From Candidatus Latescibacterota bacterium (GTDB lineage Bacteria; Latescibacterota; UBA2968), in contig OZ242010.1 of NCBI GenBank assembly GCA_965204745.1, positions 4,608,001 to 4,672,000 on the forward strand: DNA of 64,000 bases. The letters run 5' to 3'. Position numbers and translations under genes: made by a program. This document shows, piece by piece, positions 40,182-51,547 of the stretch; the first letter of the stretch is position 1; each line of letters opens with the position of its first letter. The notes below the pieces were generated by a model. That model had not been told where the DNA came from, did not search any database, and worked only from the letters and a program-made list of their open reading frames with translations.

Positions 40182-41978
40182 ATGAACCTCCAGAACATCC
40201 GAAATTTCTCCATCATCGCGCATATCGACCACGGCAAATCGACCTTGGCGGACCGCTTGCTCGAGCAGACGCAAACCCTGAGCAAATTCCAGATGCAAGA
40301 CCAAGTGCTCGACAGCATGGACCTCGAGCGCGAGCGGGGCATCACCATCAAGTCGCACGCCATTCGCATGGATTACAGCGCGCCGGATGGGCGGGTCTAT
40401 GAACTCAACCTCATCGACACGCCCGGGCACGTGGATTTTTCCTACGAAGTCTCGCGTAGCCTGACCGCGTGTGAAGGCGCGCTGCTCCTCGTCGATGCGG
40501 CGCAAGGCGTGGAGGCGCAAACCGTCAGCAATGTCTTGCTCGCGTTGGAACTCGACTTGGTCATCATTCCGGTCATCAACAAAATCGACCTGCCCGGCGC
40601 GGAAATCGACCGCGTGGTGATGCAACTCCACGACTTGCTCGGGGTGGAAGAAGAGGAAATCGTCAAAATCAGCGCGAAAGAAGGCATGGGCATCGACGCG
40701 CTCTTGGCCGCCATCATCGCCGACATCCCGCCGCCAAAAGGCAATCCCGACGCGCCGCTCAAGGCCCTCATCTTCGACTCGGTCTTCGACCAGTACCGCG
40801 GCGCCGTGGCCTACTTGCGCGTGGTTGACGGGGTTCTCAAAAAGCACATGCCCATCCGCATGTTCTCGACCCGGCAAACGTATAGCGCGGAAGAAATCGG
40901 CACCCTCAAACTCAAGCGCGTCCCGCAAAAAAGCCTGCGTGCAGGCGAAGTCGGCTATCTGATCGCGGGCATCAAAGACCTCGAAGACGCACGCGTGGGC
41001 GACACGGTCACCGGCGTAGCCAACCCCGCATCTGCCCCTTTGCCCGGGTACCAAAAAGTCAAACCCATGGTTTTTGCCGGGCTGTATCCCGTCTCGTCAG
41101 ACGACTTTGAAAACCTCCGCTCCGCGCTGGAAAAGTTGCACCTCAACGACGCGTCCTTGCACTACGAACCCGAAACATCGACGGCCCTCGGCTTTGGGTT
41201 TCGATGCGGCTTTCTCGGCCTGTTGCACATGGAAATCATCCAAGAACGCTTGGACCGGGAATTTGACATCGACATCATCACCACGGTTCCCAATGTCGAA
41301 TATCAGGTGCGCCTGACCAATGGCGAATTGGTACATGTGCAAAATCCCGCCCAGATGCCCCCTGCGGGACAAATCCAAGACATTGCCGAACCCGTGCTCG
41401 ACGCGCAAATCCTCGTGCCATCTGACTACGTGGGCAACATCATGCGGATCGCCCAAGACCGTCGGGGATCCTACCGCACCACCGAATACATCGACCCCAC
41501 CCGCGCCCTATTGCGCTACGACCTGCCCCTGTCCGAAATCGTGCTCGATTTTTACGACCGCCTCAAATCCGCGTCTCGGGGGTACGCGTCGTTTGACTAC
41601 GAATACAAAAAACACGCCACAGCGGACTTGGTCAAACTCGACCTGCTCATCAACGGCGACCCCTTAGACGCGCTCTCGGCCATCGTCCACCGCGACCACG
41701 CGTACGACTGGGGCCGCGCCTTGTGCCGCAAGCTCAAAACCCTGATCCCGCGCCAACTCTACGAAGTCGTCATCCAAGCGGCCATTGGCGCGAAAGTGAT
41801 CGCCCGCGAAACCGTGCGCCCCTTCCGCAAGAACGTCACGGCCAAGTGTTACGGCGGCGACATCACGCGCAAGCGCAAATTGCTCGAGCGGCAAAAAGAG
41901 GGCAAAAAGCGCATGAAGCAAGTCGGCGCCATCGAAATCCCCCAAGAGGCATTCCTCGCGGTTTTGAGGATGGAATGA
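40182..41978 (+). CDS. lepA: Translation elongation factor 4
   Basis: [65 protein letters not shown]. Confidence 0.98.
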   Translation: MNLQNIRNFSIIAHIDHGKSTLADRLLEQTQTLSKFQMQDQVLDSMDLERERGITIKSHAIRMDYSAPDGRVYELNLIDTPGHVDFSYEVSRSLTACEGALLLVDAAQGVEAQTVSNVLLALELDLVIIPVINKIDLPGAEIDRVVMQLHDLLGVEEEEIVKISAKEGMGIDALLAAIIADIPPPKGNPDAPLKALIFDSVFDQYRGAVAYLRVVDGVLKKHMPIRMFSTRQTYSAEEIGTLKLKRVPQKSLRAGEVGYLIAGIKDLEDARVGDTVTGVANPASAPLPGYQKVKPMVFAGLYPVSSDDFENLRSALEKLHLNDASLHYEPETSTALGFGFRCGFLGLLHMEIIQERLDREFDIDIITTVPNVEYQVRLTNGELVHVQNPAQMPPAGQIQDIAEPVLDAQILVPSDYVGNIMRIAQDRRGSYRTTEYIDPTRALLRYDLPLSEIVLDFYDRLKSASRGYASFDYEYKKHATADLVKLDLLINGDPLDALSAIVHRDHAYDWGRALCRKLKTLIPRQLYEVVIQAAIGAKVIARETVRPFRKNVTAKCYGGDITRKRKLLERQKEGKKRMKQVGAIEIPQEAFLAVLRME

Positions 41979-42147
41979 TGAAGGTAAGAGGGGAGAGGTA
42001 AGAGGCAAGAGGTGAAAGGCGAAAAGCGACCACATAATACCAATTTGATTTTAAGTTGTCCGCATCCTGCCTCCCATCCGAGATGAATGAGGAACAGACA
42101 TTGCCTTGAGGTGGAAGGGTGGGGGACTGACCACTGACCACTGACTA

Positions 42148-42680
42148 GATTGTGTTGACATTTCATTTGGTCCTTTGATGGCTTCTAACTCTGGTTGCTC
42201 TGATGGCGTTTTGCGAGGGTACCTATCCCCCGGCCCCGTTATTCGCTTCGCTCATTGTAGGCTACGCCTGTGCCTACGAGGAAAGGGGAGTAAAGTGCCT
42301 TTGATGGCTTCTCGCTCTAGTTGCTCTGATGGCGTTTTGCGAGGGTACCTATCCCCCGGCCCCGTTATTCGCTTCGCTCATTGTAGGCTACGCCTGTGCC
42401 TACGAGGAAAGGGGAGTAAAGCACCTTTGATGGCTTCTCGCTCTGGTTGCTCTGATGGCGTTTTGCGAGGGCATAAAGCGATTAAAAATCCCTCATCAAT
42501 CCCCTCGCAAAACCGCTCGCCATTCCCCCCTTCCTTGTAGGAAGGGGGGCCAGGGGGGTAGGTCCCGATAAGGAGCGACTGTTTCAGTTTCTCAAACCGA
42601 GAGCATATTCTGCGATAGGGCTTGATTTTCTCGATAAACCGCTCAATTCAGTTGCATGGCTCGCAAATGTCAACACAACC
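42148..42680 (+). mobile_element. Non-autonomous MITE, full copy B, TA-flanked and inserted in an (ACTGACY)n tract; carries an internal 126-bp tandem repeat
   Basis: cTA|gattgtgttgacattt ... aaatgtcaacacaacc|TAc; tandem units start at 42172, 42298 and 42424. Confidence 0.82.
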
Positions 42681-42723
42681 TACTGACTACTGACCACTGA
42701 CTACTGCTTCTCACGCTTTTGAT

Positions 42724-43401
42724 ATGTCGAAAAAATCCGTGACTGTCGAATATATCAAGGTCATTTTGCTCGCGTTTGCCATCGCGCTTTTTCTTCGTAC
42801 CTTTGTCGTGCAGGCGTTTCGCATTCCGTCTGGGTCGATGGAAGACACGTTGTTGATCGGCGATTTTTTGCTGGCAAACAAGTTCATCTACGGCGCGCGC
42901 ATTCCGTTTACCGGCATCCGCTTGCCGGCGGTTCGAGCGCCAGAGCCTGGGGACATCGTCATCTTTCAATACCCGCGAGACCCGTCCCGCGACTATATCA
43001 AGCGCATCGTGGCAGGGCCTGGGCAAAGCGTTGAAATCAGAAACAAAAAACTCTATGTCGATGGCGAGAGCATCCCCAATCCGCCGCGGGCAAAACACGC
43101 GGATCCCTTTGTCCGCAAATCCGCCCACACGCGCGACAACTCTCCCCTCCAAGTCGTGCCCGAGGGCAGTTATTTCGTGTTGGGCGACAACCGGGACAGA
43201 AGCGAGGACAGCCGATACTGGGGCTTTCTCGAGCGCGATCTCATTCGCGGCAAAGCGTTCGTGCTCTACTGGTCTTGGGCAACGGATACCCGCGTCCCCA
43301 AATACGACAACCCGTCCTCTCTGCCGGGCATCGCGCTCTACAACCTGCTCCATTTCCCAAGCCGCACGCGCTGGGGGCGCATCGGCATGCTCGTGGAGTG
43401 A
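42724..43401 (+). CDS. lepB: Signal peptidase I
   Basis: IPSGSMEDTL, YIKRIV, GDNRDRSEDSRYWG. Confidence 0.95.
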   Translation: MSKKSVTVEYIKVILLAFAIALFLRTFVVQAFRIPSGSMEDTLLIGDFLLANKFIYGARIPFTGIRLPAVRAPEPGDIVIFQYPRDPSRDYIKRIVAGPGQSVEIRNKKLYVDGESIPNPPRAKHADPFVRKSAHTRDNSPLQVVPEGSYFVLGDNRDRSEDSRYWGFLERDLIRGKAFVLYWSWATDTRVPKYDNPSSLPGIALYNLLHFPSRTRWGRIGMLVE

Positions 43402-43407
43402 AAACCC

Positions 43408-44517
43408 ATGCACCTCGGTCTTTACATTCACATCCCATTTTGCCACTCGCGGTGTCCGTATTGCGATTTTGATTTTGTCGTGGGGAAGGCGCACATGGCG
43501 AAACGCTATGTGGATGCGGTGATCGCCGAGTTGCAAAACCGCATGTTGAGCATGGACGTGCGGCCCGTGTTCGATACGATCTACTTTGGTGGGGGCACGC
43601 CCTCGGCAATTCCGCCTGAGCAACTAGGGCGCGTCCTGACAACTGTGAAAGACGCCATCTCTGCGGACGCGGAAATCACCGCAGAGGCCAATCCCAATGA
43701 TTATGCACAGCTCGAAGCATTGCGCGCCCTCGGCATCAACCGCTTGAGCTTGGGCATACAGGCATTTGCTGACCGCGCACTCAAGGCACTCGGGCGATTC
43801 CACACGGCGATTGATGCGACCGCCGCGGTTGACGCAGCGCGAGACGCGGGGTTTGAGAACATCGGCATCGACCTCATGTTTGGCGCGCCCGGGCAAACCC
43901 GGGACGAGTGGGGAAGGAGCCTGCGCCGTGCGATTGACCTGCGTCCCGAGCACATCTCGGTGTACGGCCTCACCATTGAACCGCGCACAAATTTTGCCCG
44001 CCGCTTGCAAAAAGGGCGATTGGACTTGCCGCCGGAATCAACTCAAGCCGCGATGTACTCGAAGGCGATAGACCGACTCGAAGGCGCGGGGTACGCGCAG
44101 TACGAAATCTCGAATTTCGCCCGCCCGGGATTTGCATCTCGGCACAACCGCAAGTACTGGCATGGCCGCGCTTATTGGGGCGTTGGCATGGCCGCGCATT
44201 CCCATTCCGACAACCGGCGCGCGTGGAACTCGCGCGATCTCGCAACGTACATCCACCGCGTTGAAACGACCGGACGAGCGGTTGAACGCGAAGAAACCCT
44301 CACCCCCGCGCAACGCATGATCGAGCGCGTCATGCTCGGCTTGCGCCAGCGCAGGGGGTTGCGCGCCGAGATTTCGCAGCATCCAAAAATCCGCGAGCAC
44401 TACTTGGCACTGGCAAAGCACAACCTCATCGAACAAACCGACGGCCGCATTCGCCTGACGCGCAGGGGCCTCCTCCTCGCGGACTGGGTTTGCGCCGAAC
44501 TCGTGCGAGAACTCTAA
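43408..44517 (+). CDS. hemW: Radical SAM heme chaperone HemW
   Basis: LYIHIPFCHSRCPYCDF, FGGGTPS, YEISNF, HNRKYW. Confidence 0.92.
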   Translation: MHLGLYIHIPFCHSRCPYCDFDFVVGKAHMAKRYVDAVIAELQNRMLSMDVRPVFDTIYFGGGTPSAIPPEQLGRVLTTVKDAISADAEITAEANPNDYAQLEALRALGINRLSLGIQAFADRALKALGRFHTAIDATAAVDAARDAGFENIGIDLMFGAPGQTRDEWGRSLRRAIDLRPEHISVYGLTIEPRTNFARRLQKGRLDLPPESTQAAMYSKAIDRLEGAGYAQYEISNFARPGFASRHNRKYWHGRAYWGVGMAAHSHSDNRRAWNSRDLATYIHRVETTGRAVEREETLTPAQRMIERVMLGLRQRRGLRAEISQHPKIREHYLALAKHNLIEQTDGRIRLTRRGLLLADWVCAELVREL

Positions 44518-45416
44518 TGGAATTTCGCCTTCGCCTGCCCGGCTCCACATCCAACTTAGGGCCTGGGTACGACGCCTTGGGCATGGCCTTGTCCATTTAC
44601 AACGAGGTCGCGGTACGCACCCGAGCGCGCCCGGGCGCGTCATTCACCATTGCCGGAGATGGGCGGGACAACTTGCCTGCGGACGAGGAAAATCTGTTTT
44701 ATCGCGCGGCCCGAGTCGCGGCGCAACGGGCGGGCAACGCCCTGCCTGGGATGGACATCCGCATGCAAAACAACATTCCGCTAGCCCGAGGGTTGGGTAG
44801 CAGTTCAACCGCGATTGTCGGCGGGGTCGTCGCGACCAACCGCTTGTTGGGCGATCCCTTTTCCCAGCAGGAGATGCTCGACATTGCCACGGCTATCGAA
44901 GGCCATCCGGACAATGTCTCGCCCTGTTTGCTCGGCGGGTTGACCGCCTCTGTGATGGACGGGCCGCGCGTGGCCTGCGTGCGCGCCGTGCCCCCTGCTG
45001 ACCTGCGCGCTGTGGTCGCCATCCCGGAATTTGAACTCAAAACCCAAGACGCCCGCGATGTGTTGCCACGGGCTATCGCCCACCGGGATGCGGTCTTCAG
45101 CGCGAGCCGCGCGTGCTTGGTAACCGCCGCGCTGATCGCGGGCGAGTTTGACCTGCTCGCGGTTGGCATGCGAGACCGCCTGCACCAGCCCTATCGCGCA
45201 AAGCTCATCCCCGCCTTTGATCAGATCTGCGAGGCCGCGGTCAAGGCCGGGGCATGGGGCGCCGCGCTATCGGGGGCAGGGCCGACCCTCATCGCGCTGA
45301 CCGCGCAAAATGCAGACGCCATAGGCCGCGCCATGACCGGCTTGTGGGCATCAAAAAACATCGCGTCGCGCTATCGCATTCTCAAAATCGACCCCCATGG
45401 AGTGACCATCACATGA
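44517..45416 (+). CDS. thrB: Homoserine kinase
   Basis: NLGPGYD, IPLARGLGSSS, EGHPDN, DRLHQPYR, LSGAGPT. Confidence 0.95.
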   Translation: MEFRLRLPGSTSNLGPGYDALGMALSIYNEVAVRTRARPGASFTIAGDGRDNLPADEENLFYRAARVAAQRAGNALPGMDIRMQNNIPLARGLGSSSTAIVGGVVATNRLLGDPFSQQEMLDIATAIEGHPDNVSPCLLGGLTASVMDGPRVACVRAVPPADLRAVVAIPEFELKTQDARDVLPRAIAHRDAVFSASRACLVTAALIAGEFDLLAVGMRDRLHQPYRAKLIPAFDQICEAAVKAGAWGAALSGAGPTLIALTAQNADAIGRAMTGLWASKNIASRYRILKIDPHGVTIT

Positions 45417-47131
45417 GCCACGCAACTTTGAACCTGTGGACGCGCCTGTGTTGCATCGCGCTCGCGGGCCTGCTCGTCTTCGACTTCGCGCTGTATCCCA
45501 TCGCGGCATACGCGCAATCTCGCCGCGACCCGCGCCAAACCGAGGAAAAGCCCGACCGCCGGGAATCCACGCGGCCCTTTTCCGCGCCATCGCTCGAAGA
45601 AGCGGAAAAAGACGCGCTCCTGATCGACGTCAAAAGCATTGGCAAAGCGGCGTACGACGCGGTGATTCGCTCGGGTCGCTACGTTGTCGGGCCGGGCGAT
45701 ATTTTCGCCGTGGTGATCGATCAGGGCGAGAAGATCGAGACCTTTGAAGTGCCCGTGGGCGCGGGCGGCAACTTGCTCATTCCGGCTGTCGGCCCTGTTC
45801 CGGTTGCGTTTTTACCGCTTGCAGAGGCGAATCGCACGATCCAAACCGCGATCAAAAAACGCTTTCAGCACCTCGACATTTCCATCAGCCTGGCGCGCTT
45901 GCGGATCTTTCCGGTCAATGTGGTGGGCGAAGTACACGTCCCGGGCGCAGTCGGCGTCCACGGCGTAGAGCAAGCGTCTCAACTCATCCTCAAAGCCGGG
46001 GGCATCCTCGACGACCCCGACCGCAGGGGATCTAGCCGCAATATCCAAATCGCACGCCATGAAAACGGGCGGTGGCAACACACCGGGCGCGGGGTCGATC
46101 TCGAACTGTGGAACCGCACGGGCGACGAACAGTACAATCCCTTTCTGATCGACGGCGAACAAATCGTCGTACCCACTGCCAATGGCGATTCCATTTCCGT
46201 CACGGGCGCGGTGCAACGCCCCGGCACCTATGAATACGCGCCAGGCGACCGCGTTGCGGACCTCATCGTTTTAGGCCATGGCCTGCGTGCCCACGATCCG
46301 CCCAACCGCGCCCAACTGTTGCGCTTGTCCAAAGACGGTAACTGGACGCCCATCGCCATCGATCTGCCCCGAGCACTCGCGGGCGACCCCAGCGCGAACC
46401 TGCCCGTGCAAGCGGGCGACAAACTCTACGTCATCGGCGAAACGGCATTTGTGCGCGTTGAGGGCGAAGTGCAATTCCCAGGGCCTTTTCCCCTCAAGGA
46501 GGGGCTCCGCCTCAGAGAATTGTTGCGCCATGCCAAACTCACCCCCAAAGCCTCTGTGGTTCAGGCGTCTCTCATCCGCGAGGTCAATTTTGAAGACCAG
46601 CTCGAGGACGATCCCGCGCTCGACCGCTTGCTCGGCATTGACCGCACGCAACGCACGGACGCCGAAGAAGCCCTCGTCACCCTCAAAACCCAGCAACTTT
46701 CCGGGCGGTTGCCCATCGATTTTGCGGACCTCATGGCAGGCGACGACGAGCACGATATCCTCCTGCAAGATGGCGATGTGATCCGCATTCCCCGATTCGT
46801 GCCCTCCGTGCGCGTGACCGGCGCCGTCATTGCACCGGCGAATATCCCCCACAACCCGACCCTGACGGTGGGCGGGTATATCGACCTCGCAGGCGGTTTT
46901 AATACGCGCGCAAAGCGGAAAGACATCATCCTCGTGGAGGGCAACACGGGCAATCCCATCCGCGTTAAAGCGACCGCGTCCGTGCGACCCGGCGACGCGA
47001 TAGTGGTTCCCGCACGCGAAAGCACGCCAGGGCAAGGCTATCGCATCGCCCGCGAAACCATTGCCATGCTCGGCTCTGTTGCCTCGCTCGTCCTGACGAT
47101 CTTTTTGATCAATCGAGAACGTGGGCAGTAG
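45413..47131 (+). CDS. SLBB-domain polysaccharide export protein (Wza/KpsD-like)
   Basis: YVVGPGD; repeated V.GEV..PG / V.GAV SLBB units; C-terminal amphipathic helix. Confidence 0.8.
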   Translation: MSHATLNLWTRLCCIALAGLLVFDFALYPIAAYAQSRRDPRQTEEKPDRRESTRPFSAPSLEEAEKDALLIDVKSIGKAAYDAVIRSGRYVVGPGDIFAVVIDQGEKIETFEVPVGAGGNLLIPAVGPVPVAFLPLAEANRTIQTAIKKRFQHLDISISLARLRIFPVNVVGEVHVPGAVGVHGVEQASQLILKAGGILDDPDRRGSSRNIQIARHENGRWQHTGRGVDLELWNRTGDEQYNPFLIDGEQIVVPTANGDSISVTGAVQRPGTYEYAPGDRVADLIVLGHGLRAHDPPNRAQLLRLSKDGNWTPIAIDLPRALAGDPSANLPVQAGDKLYVIGETAFVRVEGEVQFPGPFPLKEGLRLRELLRHAKLTPKASVVQASLIREVNFEDQLEDDPALDRLLGIDRTQRTDAEEALVTLKTQQLSGRLPIDFADLMAGDDEHDILLQDGDVIRIPRFVPSVRVTGAVIAPANIPHNPTLTVGGYIDLAGGFNTRAKRKDIILVEGNTGNPIRVKATASVRPGDAIVVPARESTPGQGYRIARETIAMLGSVASLVLTIFLINRERGQ

Positions 47132-47319
47132 TCAGTAGTCAGGGTCAGGCCCCGTAAAACCTCTCGCATAATCCCTCGCAAAATCGCTCCTCGTTCCCTC
47201 CTGTATCTTCCTGCCAGGAAGAGGGCCAGGGGATAGGTCCCTCACCACCCAATATTTCCCGTCTTGCCTCTCCCGTCTTGCCTCTCCCCTCTTGTTTTTG
47301 GCCAGGGGGGGTAGGTCCC

Positions 47320-48393
47320 TCACCCAATATACCCTTCTCGCGTTAGGAGTTCGGCCATGAGGATGGCGCCGCCGGCTGCGCCGCGCACGGTGTTGTGGCT
47401 CAAGGCGATGAATTTGTAGTCAAAAATGGGGTCTTCGCGCAGGCGGCCCAAGGTGATGCCCATGCCATTGCCCGCGTCTCGGTCTCGGCGCGTTTGCGGT
47501 CGGTCCGGGTCTTCGAGGTACTCGAGGAATGTTTTGGGCGACGAGGGCAGGCCCGCGGTTTTGGGGTGGCTCTCCTGCCAGCGTGCGAGGATGTCTTGGA
47601 GGTCGGGCGTTTTGTCGAATGAGACGGATACGGCGGCCATGTGTCCATCGGTGACCGGCACGCGAACGCATTGGGCGGAAATGACGGGCGTGCGCGTGGG
47701 CACGATTTGGTCTTTGACGACGCGGCCCCAAATTTTGAGGGGTTCGCGCTCGCTTTTCTCCTCTTCCCCGCCGATGTAGGGGATGACGTTGTCCACCATT
47801 TCCGGCCATGATGCAAAGGTTTCGCCCGCGCCGGAAATGGCCTGATAGGTGCAGACAGAGGCTTTGGACGGGCCAAATTCCGACAAGGCGTGCAAGGCCG
47901 GGACATAGGGCTGGATGGAGCAGTTGGGTTTGACGGCGATAAAGCCGCGTTGGGCGCGGAGGCGTTTGCGCTGCGCCGGGATGATTTCCGCGTGTTGCGG
48001 GTTGATTTCCGGCATGAGGATGGGCACGTCCGGGGTCCAGCGGTGCGCCGAGTTGTTGGAGATGACCGGGGTTTCCGCTTTGGCATAAGCTTCTTCCAAA
48101 ACGCGGATGTCCTCTTTCTCCATATCGACAGCGCAACAGACAAAATCCACCTGCGCGGCAATGGCGTCAATTTCCCGCACGTCTTGGATGACGAGAGACG
48201 ATACGGCGGCGGGAATGGCACTGTCGCCTTGCGTCCACCGGCCCGCCACGGCTTCGCGGTACGTTTTGCCGGCAGAACGCGGGCTGGCTGCCACCGCGGC
48301 AATTTCGTACCACGGATGATCCGCGAGCAAGGTGACAAAGCGTTGCCCGACCATGCCGGTCGCGCCGAGCACGCCTACTTTGAGTTTGGACAT
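47320..48393 (-). CDS. asd: Aspartate-semialdehyde dehydrogenase
   Basis: GVLGATGMVGQ, KPNCS, QAISGAG, RVPVTDGH, HNTVRGAAGG. Confidence 0.95.
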   Translation of the reverse strand: MSKLKVGVLGATGMVGQRFVTLLADHPWYEIAAVAASPRSAGKTYREAVAGRWTQGDSAIPAAVSSLVIQDVREIDAIAAQVDFVCCAVDMEKEDIRVLEEAYAKAETPVISNNSAHRWTPDVPILMPEINPQHAEIIPAQRKRLRAQRGFIAVKPNCSIQPYVPALHALSEFGPSKASVCTYQAISGAGETFASWPEMVDNVIPYIGGEEEKSEREPLKIWGRVVKDQIVPTRTPVISAQCVRVPVTDGHMAAVSVSFDKTPDLQDILARWQESHPKTAGLPSSPKTFLEYLEDPDRPQTRRDRDAGNGMGITLGRLREDPIFDYKFIALSHNTVRGAAGGAILMAELLTREGYIG

Positions 48394-48731
48394 GGATTTT
48401 CCTTTGGCAATGCAACTAGCGATCAGCAAAACGAGCGATGGATTCGATAAACGGGCAAAAACTTCACAGATTCCCCATAGTTTGTCAACTTGAAAATGGA
48501 ACCGCACCGGCGGTTGACACGCGGGGAATTGTGGATTATCGTAAGATCAATCACAACTTTCCGATTCTCCTTTGAACTGGCTGTCGCCAGTTGTACCCCG
48601 CTCGTGCCTTTGAACTGGCTGTCGCCAGTTGTACCCCGCTCGTGCCTTTTGTGCCTTTTGTGCCTTTTGTGGCTATCAAAAAATGTCCAAATCATTGTCA
48701 TACCCATTCATCATTTGACGAGGAGGATACT

Positions 48732-50141
48732 ATGAATATGGTGGTGATTTGTTGCGATACGTTTCGCGCAGATCTCGTCGGCGAGGGAAAGAAGTTGAGC
48801 CATGTGAAAACCCCGCATTTGGATCAACTCGCGGCAGATGGCCTGATGTTTGACCGCTGTTTTGCCGAGGGCTTGCCCACGATTCCGTTTCGGCGGTGCG
48901 TGTTCACGGGCATTCCGTCTTTTCCATGGCGGTTCGACACGCCCAACGAGGGGCTTCAGCCCGCGGGCGGCGGTTGGCATCCCATTCCGCCAGAGCAGGA
49001 TACCCTGGCCGAACGCCTGCACGATGCGGGCGTGGTCACGGGCTTGGTCGCCGACACGTATCACATGTTCAAGGCCACGCAGAATTTCACGCGGGGCTTT
49101 TTGTCATGGCGATTCATCCGCGGGCAAGAACAAGACGGGTACCGCTCCGGCCCCATGTCGCGGATCGACCTCGCCGCGCATGTGCGGGATGGCGATGCGG
49201 ATCCCAAAAAGCACGCGGTGATCGTGCAGTACTTGCTCAATATGCTGGATAGGCAGGAGAGCGAGGAAAATTATCTCGCGGCGCAGGTGTTCCGCACGGC
49301 GTCGCAATGGGTGGAGGACAATGCGCGCAACAAGCCGTTCTTCCTGTGGATCGACAGCTTCAGCCCACACGAATTGTGGGATCCGCCCCGACAATATGCG
49401 GATGCGTATTTTTCCGATCCCTCGGTGAAGGATTACATCCACCACAGCGCGTTGCATGTGCCCGATGCCACGGATGCGGAAATCGAGCGCACCAAGGCGT
49501 TGTACATGGGCTATGTCACGTTTGTGGATCGCTGGATCGGGCATTTGCTGGAGACGATTGATCGGCTGAATTTGCGAGACGATACTGTGGTGATGTTCCT
49601 GTCCGACCACGGCACGCAGTTGATGGACAGGGGGCGATTTGGCAAGGGCGGCAACGCGCTTTATCCCTTTAATACGCAGATCAACTGGATCATCCGGCAT
49701 CCAGATGGACCGCGCGGGCAACATTCGGGGATTTGGACGCAGAATCAGGACATCACCCCGACCATTCTCAATTTGCTGTCCGTGGAACACGAGGAGATGG
49801 CCGGGTTCGACGCATGGGCATGTGCGACGGGCAAGGCTGAACCGGCGCGGGATCACATCACAACCGGGTGGAGCAAAAATTTCAATGTGCGGGATGATCG
49901 GTACAGCATCCACCTGGACGTGGGGACAAAAGACCCGGTGCCCGTGGTGTACGACCTGCACGCGGATGCAGACGAAGAACACCCCCTGACGGATCCGCCC
50001 GCAGACGTGGTTGCCCAAGCCATCCAACGCACGCGCCGCGCCATCGGGGATTTCCCGGATGTGTTCGTGGAATACAAACAACGCCACACAGCCCGCGCCA
50101 TGCGGACGTTTATGGAGAAGTACAATTTGGGGAAGCAGTAG
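48732..50141 (+). CDS. Sulfatase-like (alkaline phosphatase superfamily) hydrolase with a non-canonical TxPxR motif
   Basis: ICCDTFRAD, TPHLD, PTIPFRRCVFTG, DSFSPHE, SDHG; SD AGGAGG. Confidence 0.85.
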   Translation: MNMVVICCDTFRADLVGEGKKLSHVKTPHLDQLAADGLMFDRCFAEGLPTIPFRRCVFTGIPSFPWRFDTPNEGLQPAGGGWHPIPPEQDTLAERLHDAGVVTGLVADTYHMFKATQNFTRGFLSWRFIRGQEQDGYRSGPMSRIDLAAHVRDGDADPKKHAVIVQYLLNMLDRQESEENYLAAQVFRTASQWVEDNARNKPFFLWIDSFSPHELWDPPRQYADAYFSDPSVKDYIHHSALHVPDATDAEIERTKALYMGYVTFVDRWIGHLLETIDRLNLRDDTVVMFLSDHGTQLMDRGRFGKGGNALYPFNTQINWIIRHPDGPRGQHSGIWTQNQDITPTILNLLSVEHEEMAGFDAWACATGKAEPARDHITTGWSKNFNVRDDRYSIHLDVGTKDPVPVVYDLHADADEEHPLTDPPADVVAQAIQRTRRAIGDFPDVFVEYKQRHTARAMRTFMEKYNLGKQ

Positions 50142-50203
50142 TCAGTAGTCAGTAGTCAGTAGTCAGTAGTCAGTAGTCAGTAGTCAGTAGTCAGTAGTCA
50201 GTA
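50136..50203. repeat. Perfect heptamer tandem repeat (CAGTAGT), about 9.7 units
   Basis: Starts within the sulfatase stop codon region and ends at a MITE TIR. Confidence 0.95.
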
Positions 50204-50580
50204 GGTTCTGTTGACATTCACGAGCCATGCAACTAGCTGAGCGGTTTATCGAGAAAATCAAGCCCTATCGCAGAATATGCTCTCGGTTTGAGAAACTTGG
50301 AACAGTCGCGCCTTATCGGGACCTACCCCCCTAACCCCCCTTCCTGCGAGGAAGGGGGGAACTGTGAGCGGTTTTGCGAGGGGATTGATGAGGGATTTTT
50401 AATCGCTTTATGCCCTCGTAAAACGCCATCAGAGCAACCCTTGAGATAAGCCATCAAAGGAGCTTTACTCCCCTTTCCTCGTAGGAAAGGGGCCGGGGGA
50501 TAGGTCCCCTCGCGCAACGCCATCAGAGCAACCAACGAGGCTGTAGGACCAAACGCATTAAATCAGCAAGCAACACATTT
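50204..50580 (-). mobile_element. MITE copy C (inverted, one end truncated)
   Basis: TA|ggttctgttgacattc TIR; body is the reverse complement of parts of copies A and B. Confidence 0.75.
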
Positions 50581-50626
50581 AACCCACCCCACAATGTAGG
50601 GGCGCGGCACGTAGAAAGGAGAGACA

Positions 50627-51547
50627 TTGAACTACGCGATTGAACAACATCCCGATCACCATCGCCTGCATCACATCACCATCGGTGCCGATGCTGTGGC
50701 GCGGTTTGTGCGCGAGGTCGCGGATTTGTCTGAGCAACGCTTGACATACGTGCCCTATTTGCGATTGATCGCCGCCGATAGCTTGCAACAAACCGTCGGG
50801 GGGGATTTTGCCGCGCAGATCAACGCGCTGGTGCGGGATCGCGCAAGGGGTGGGTTCACCATCGCGGTCGAAGGCGGATTCGAGACCCAGGATCAGCGCG
50901 TGGCGTTTGGCACAGGGGTTTCGCATCTGATCGGGATGCCCAATTTTGACGATATGACCGGGAATTATTACGCCTGCTTTGAGGTGCGGGATACGGACAG
51001 CAGCGATTCGTATTTGCGCCAAGCGTACCGCCTGTTCACGCTCCACACCGATGGCACGTACGTACGCGAGGTTACGGATTGGATTTTGATGATGAAAATG
51101 GCCGAGCGCGACGCGATGGGCGGGGAGTCGCGCTTGCTACATTTGGACGATTGGGAGGCATTGGCGCACTATGCCCTACATCCGATGGCCTCGTTGCCCA
51201 TGACCTACCAATCGCCGCCGAGCAAGAATTATCCCGTATCCGTTGAAAAGACCACGTTTTACGAGCGGGATGGCAAAGCCTGCGTGTGTTTTATCGATCA
51301 GTTTGTGTATCCCAAAACCATCGCGCAAGGCCGATACCTGCGCGACCTGTCCGATTCAATGGAAGCATCCGCAGTCTCGCTCCCACTGCCGCCGGATCAC
51401 CTCGTGGTGCTCAACAACCACTTCTGGCTGCACGGCCGCGAACCATTCAAAAAACACCCCAATCTCTACCGCCTTCTGATGCGCCAACGGGGACATTTTA
51501 GAGCGGAAAATGCAGAGGATGAACCATGCCGAAAATCAACGATTTGA
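50627..51547 (+). CDS. glaH: Glutarate 2-hydroxylase (Fe/2OG dioxygenase, CsiD/GlaH)
   Basis: NFDDMTGNYYA, SDSYLRQ, LHTDGTYV.E.TD, NNHFWLHGR, LMRQRG; TTG start after SD AGGAG. Confidence 0.82.
   Translation: MNYAIEQHPDHHRLHHITIGADAVARFVREVADLSEQRLTYVPYLRLIAADSLQQTVGGDFAAQINALVRDRARGGFTIAVEGGFETQDQRVAFGTGVSHLIGMPNFDDMTGNYYACFEVRDTDSSDSYLRQAYRLFTLHTDGTYVREVTDWILMMKMAERDAMGGESRLLHLDDWEALAHYALHPMASLPMTYQSPPSKNYPVSVEKTTFYERDGKACVCFIDQFVYPKTIAQGRYLRDLSDSMEASAVSLPLPPDHLVVLNNHFWLHGREPFKKHPNLYRLLMRQRGHFRAENAEDEPCRKSTI

Noticed and set aside
42172-42470. Possible CRISPR or repeat-spacer array, and the 121-aa ORF 42175-42540
   Set aside because: Whole units are near-identical with no unique spacers; the ORF is simply the translated MITE repeat
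50136-50203. Possible CRISPR array
   Set aside because: Contiguous 7-bp units with no spacers; no cas genes in the window
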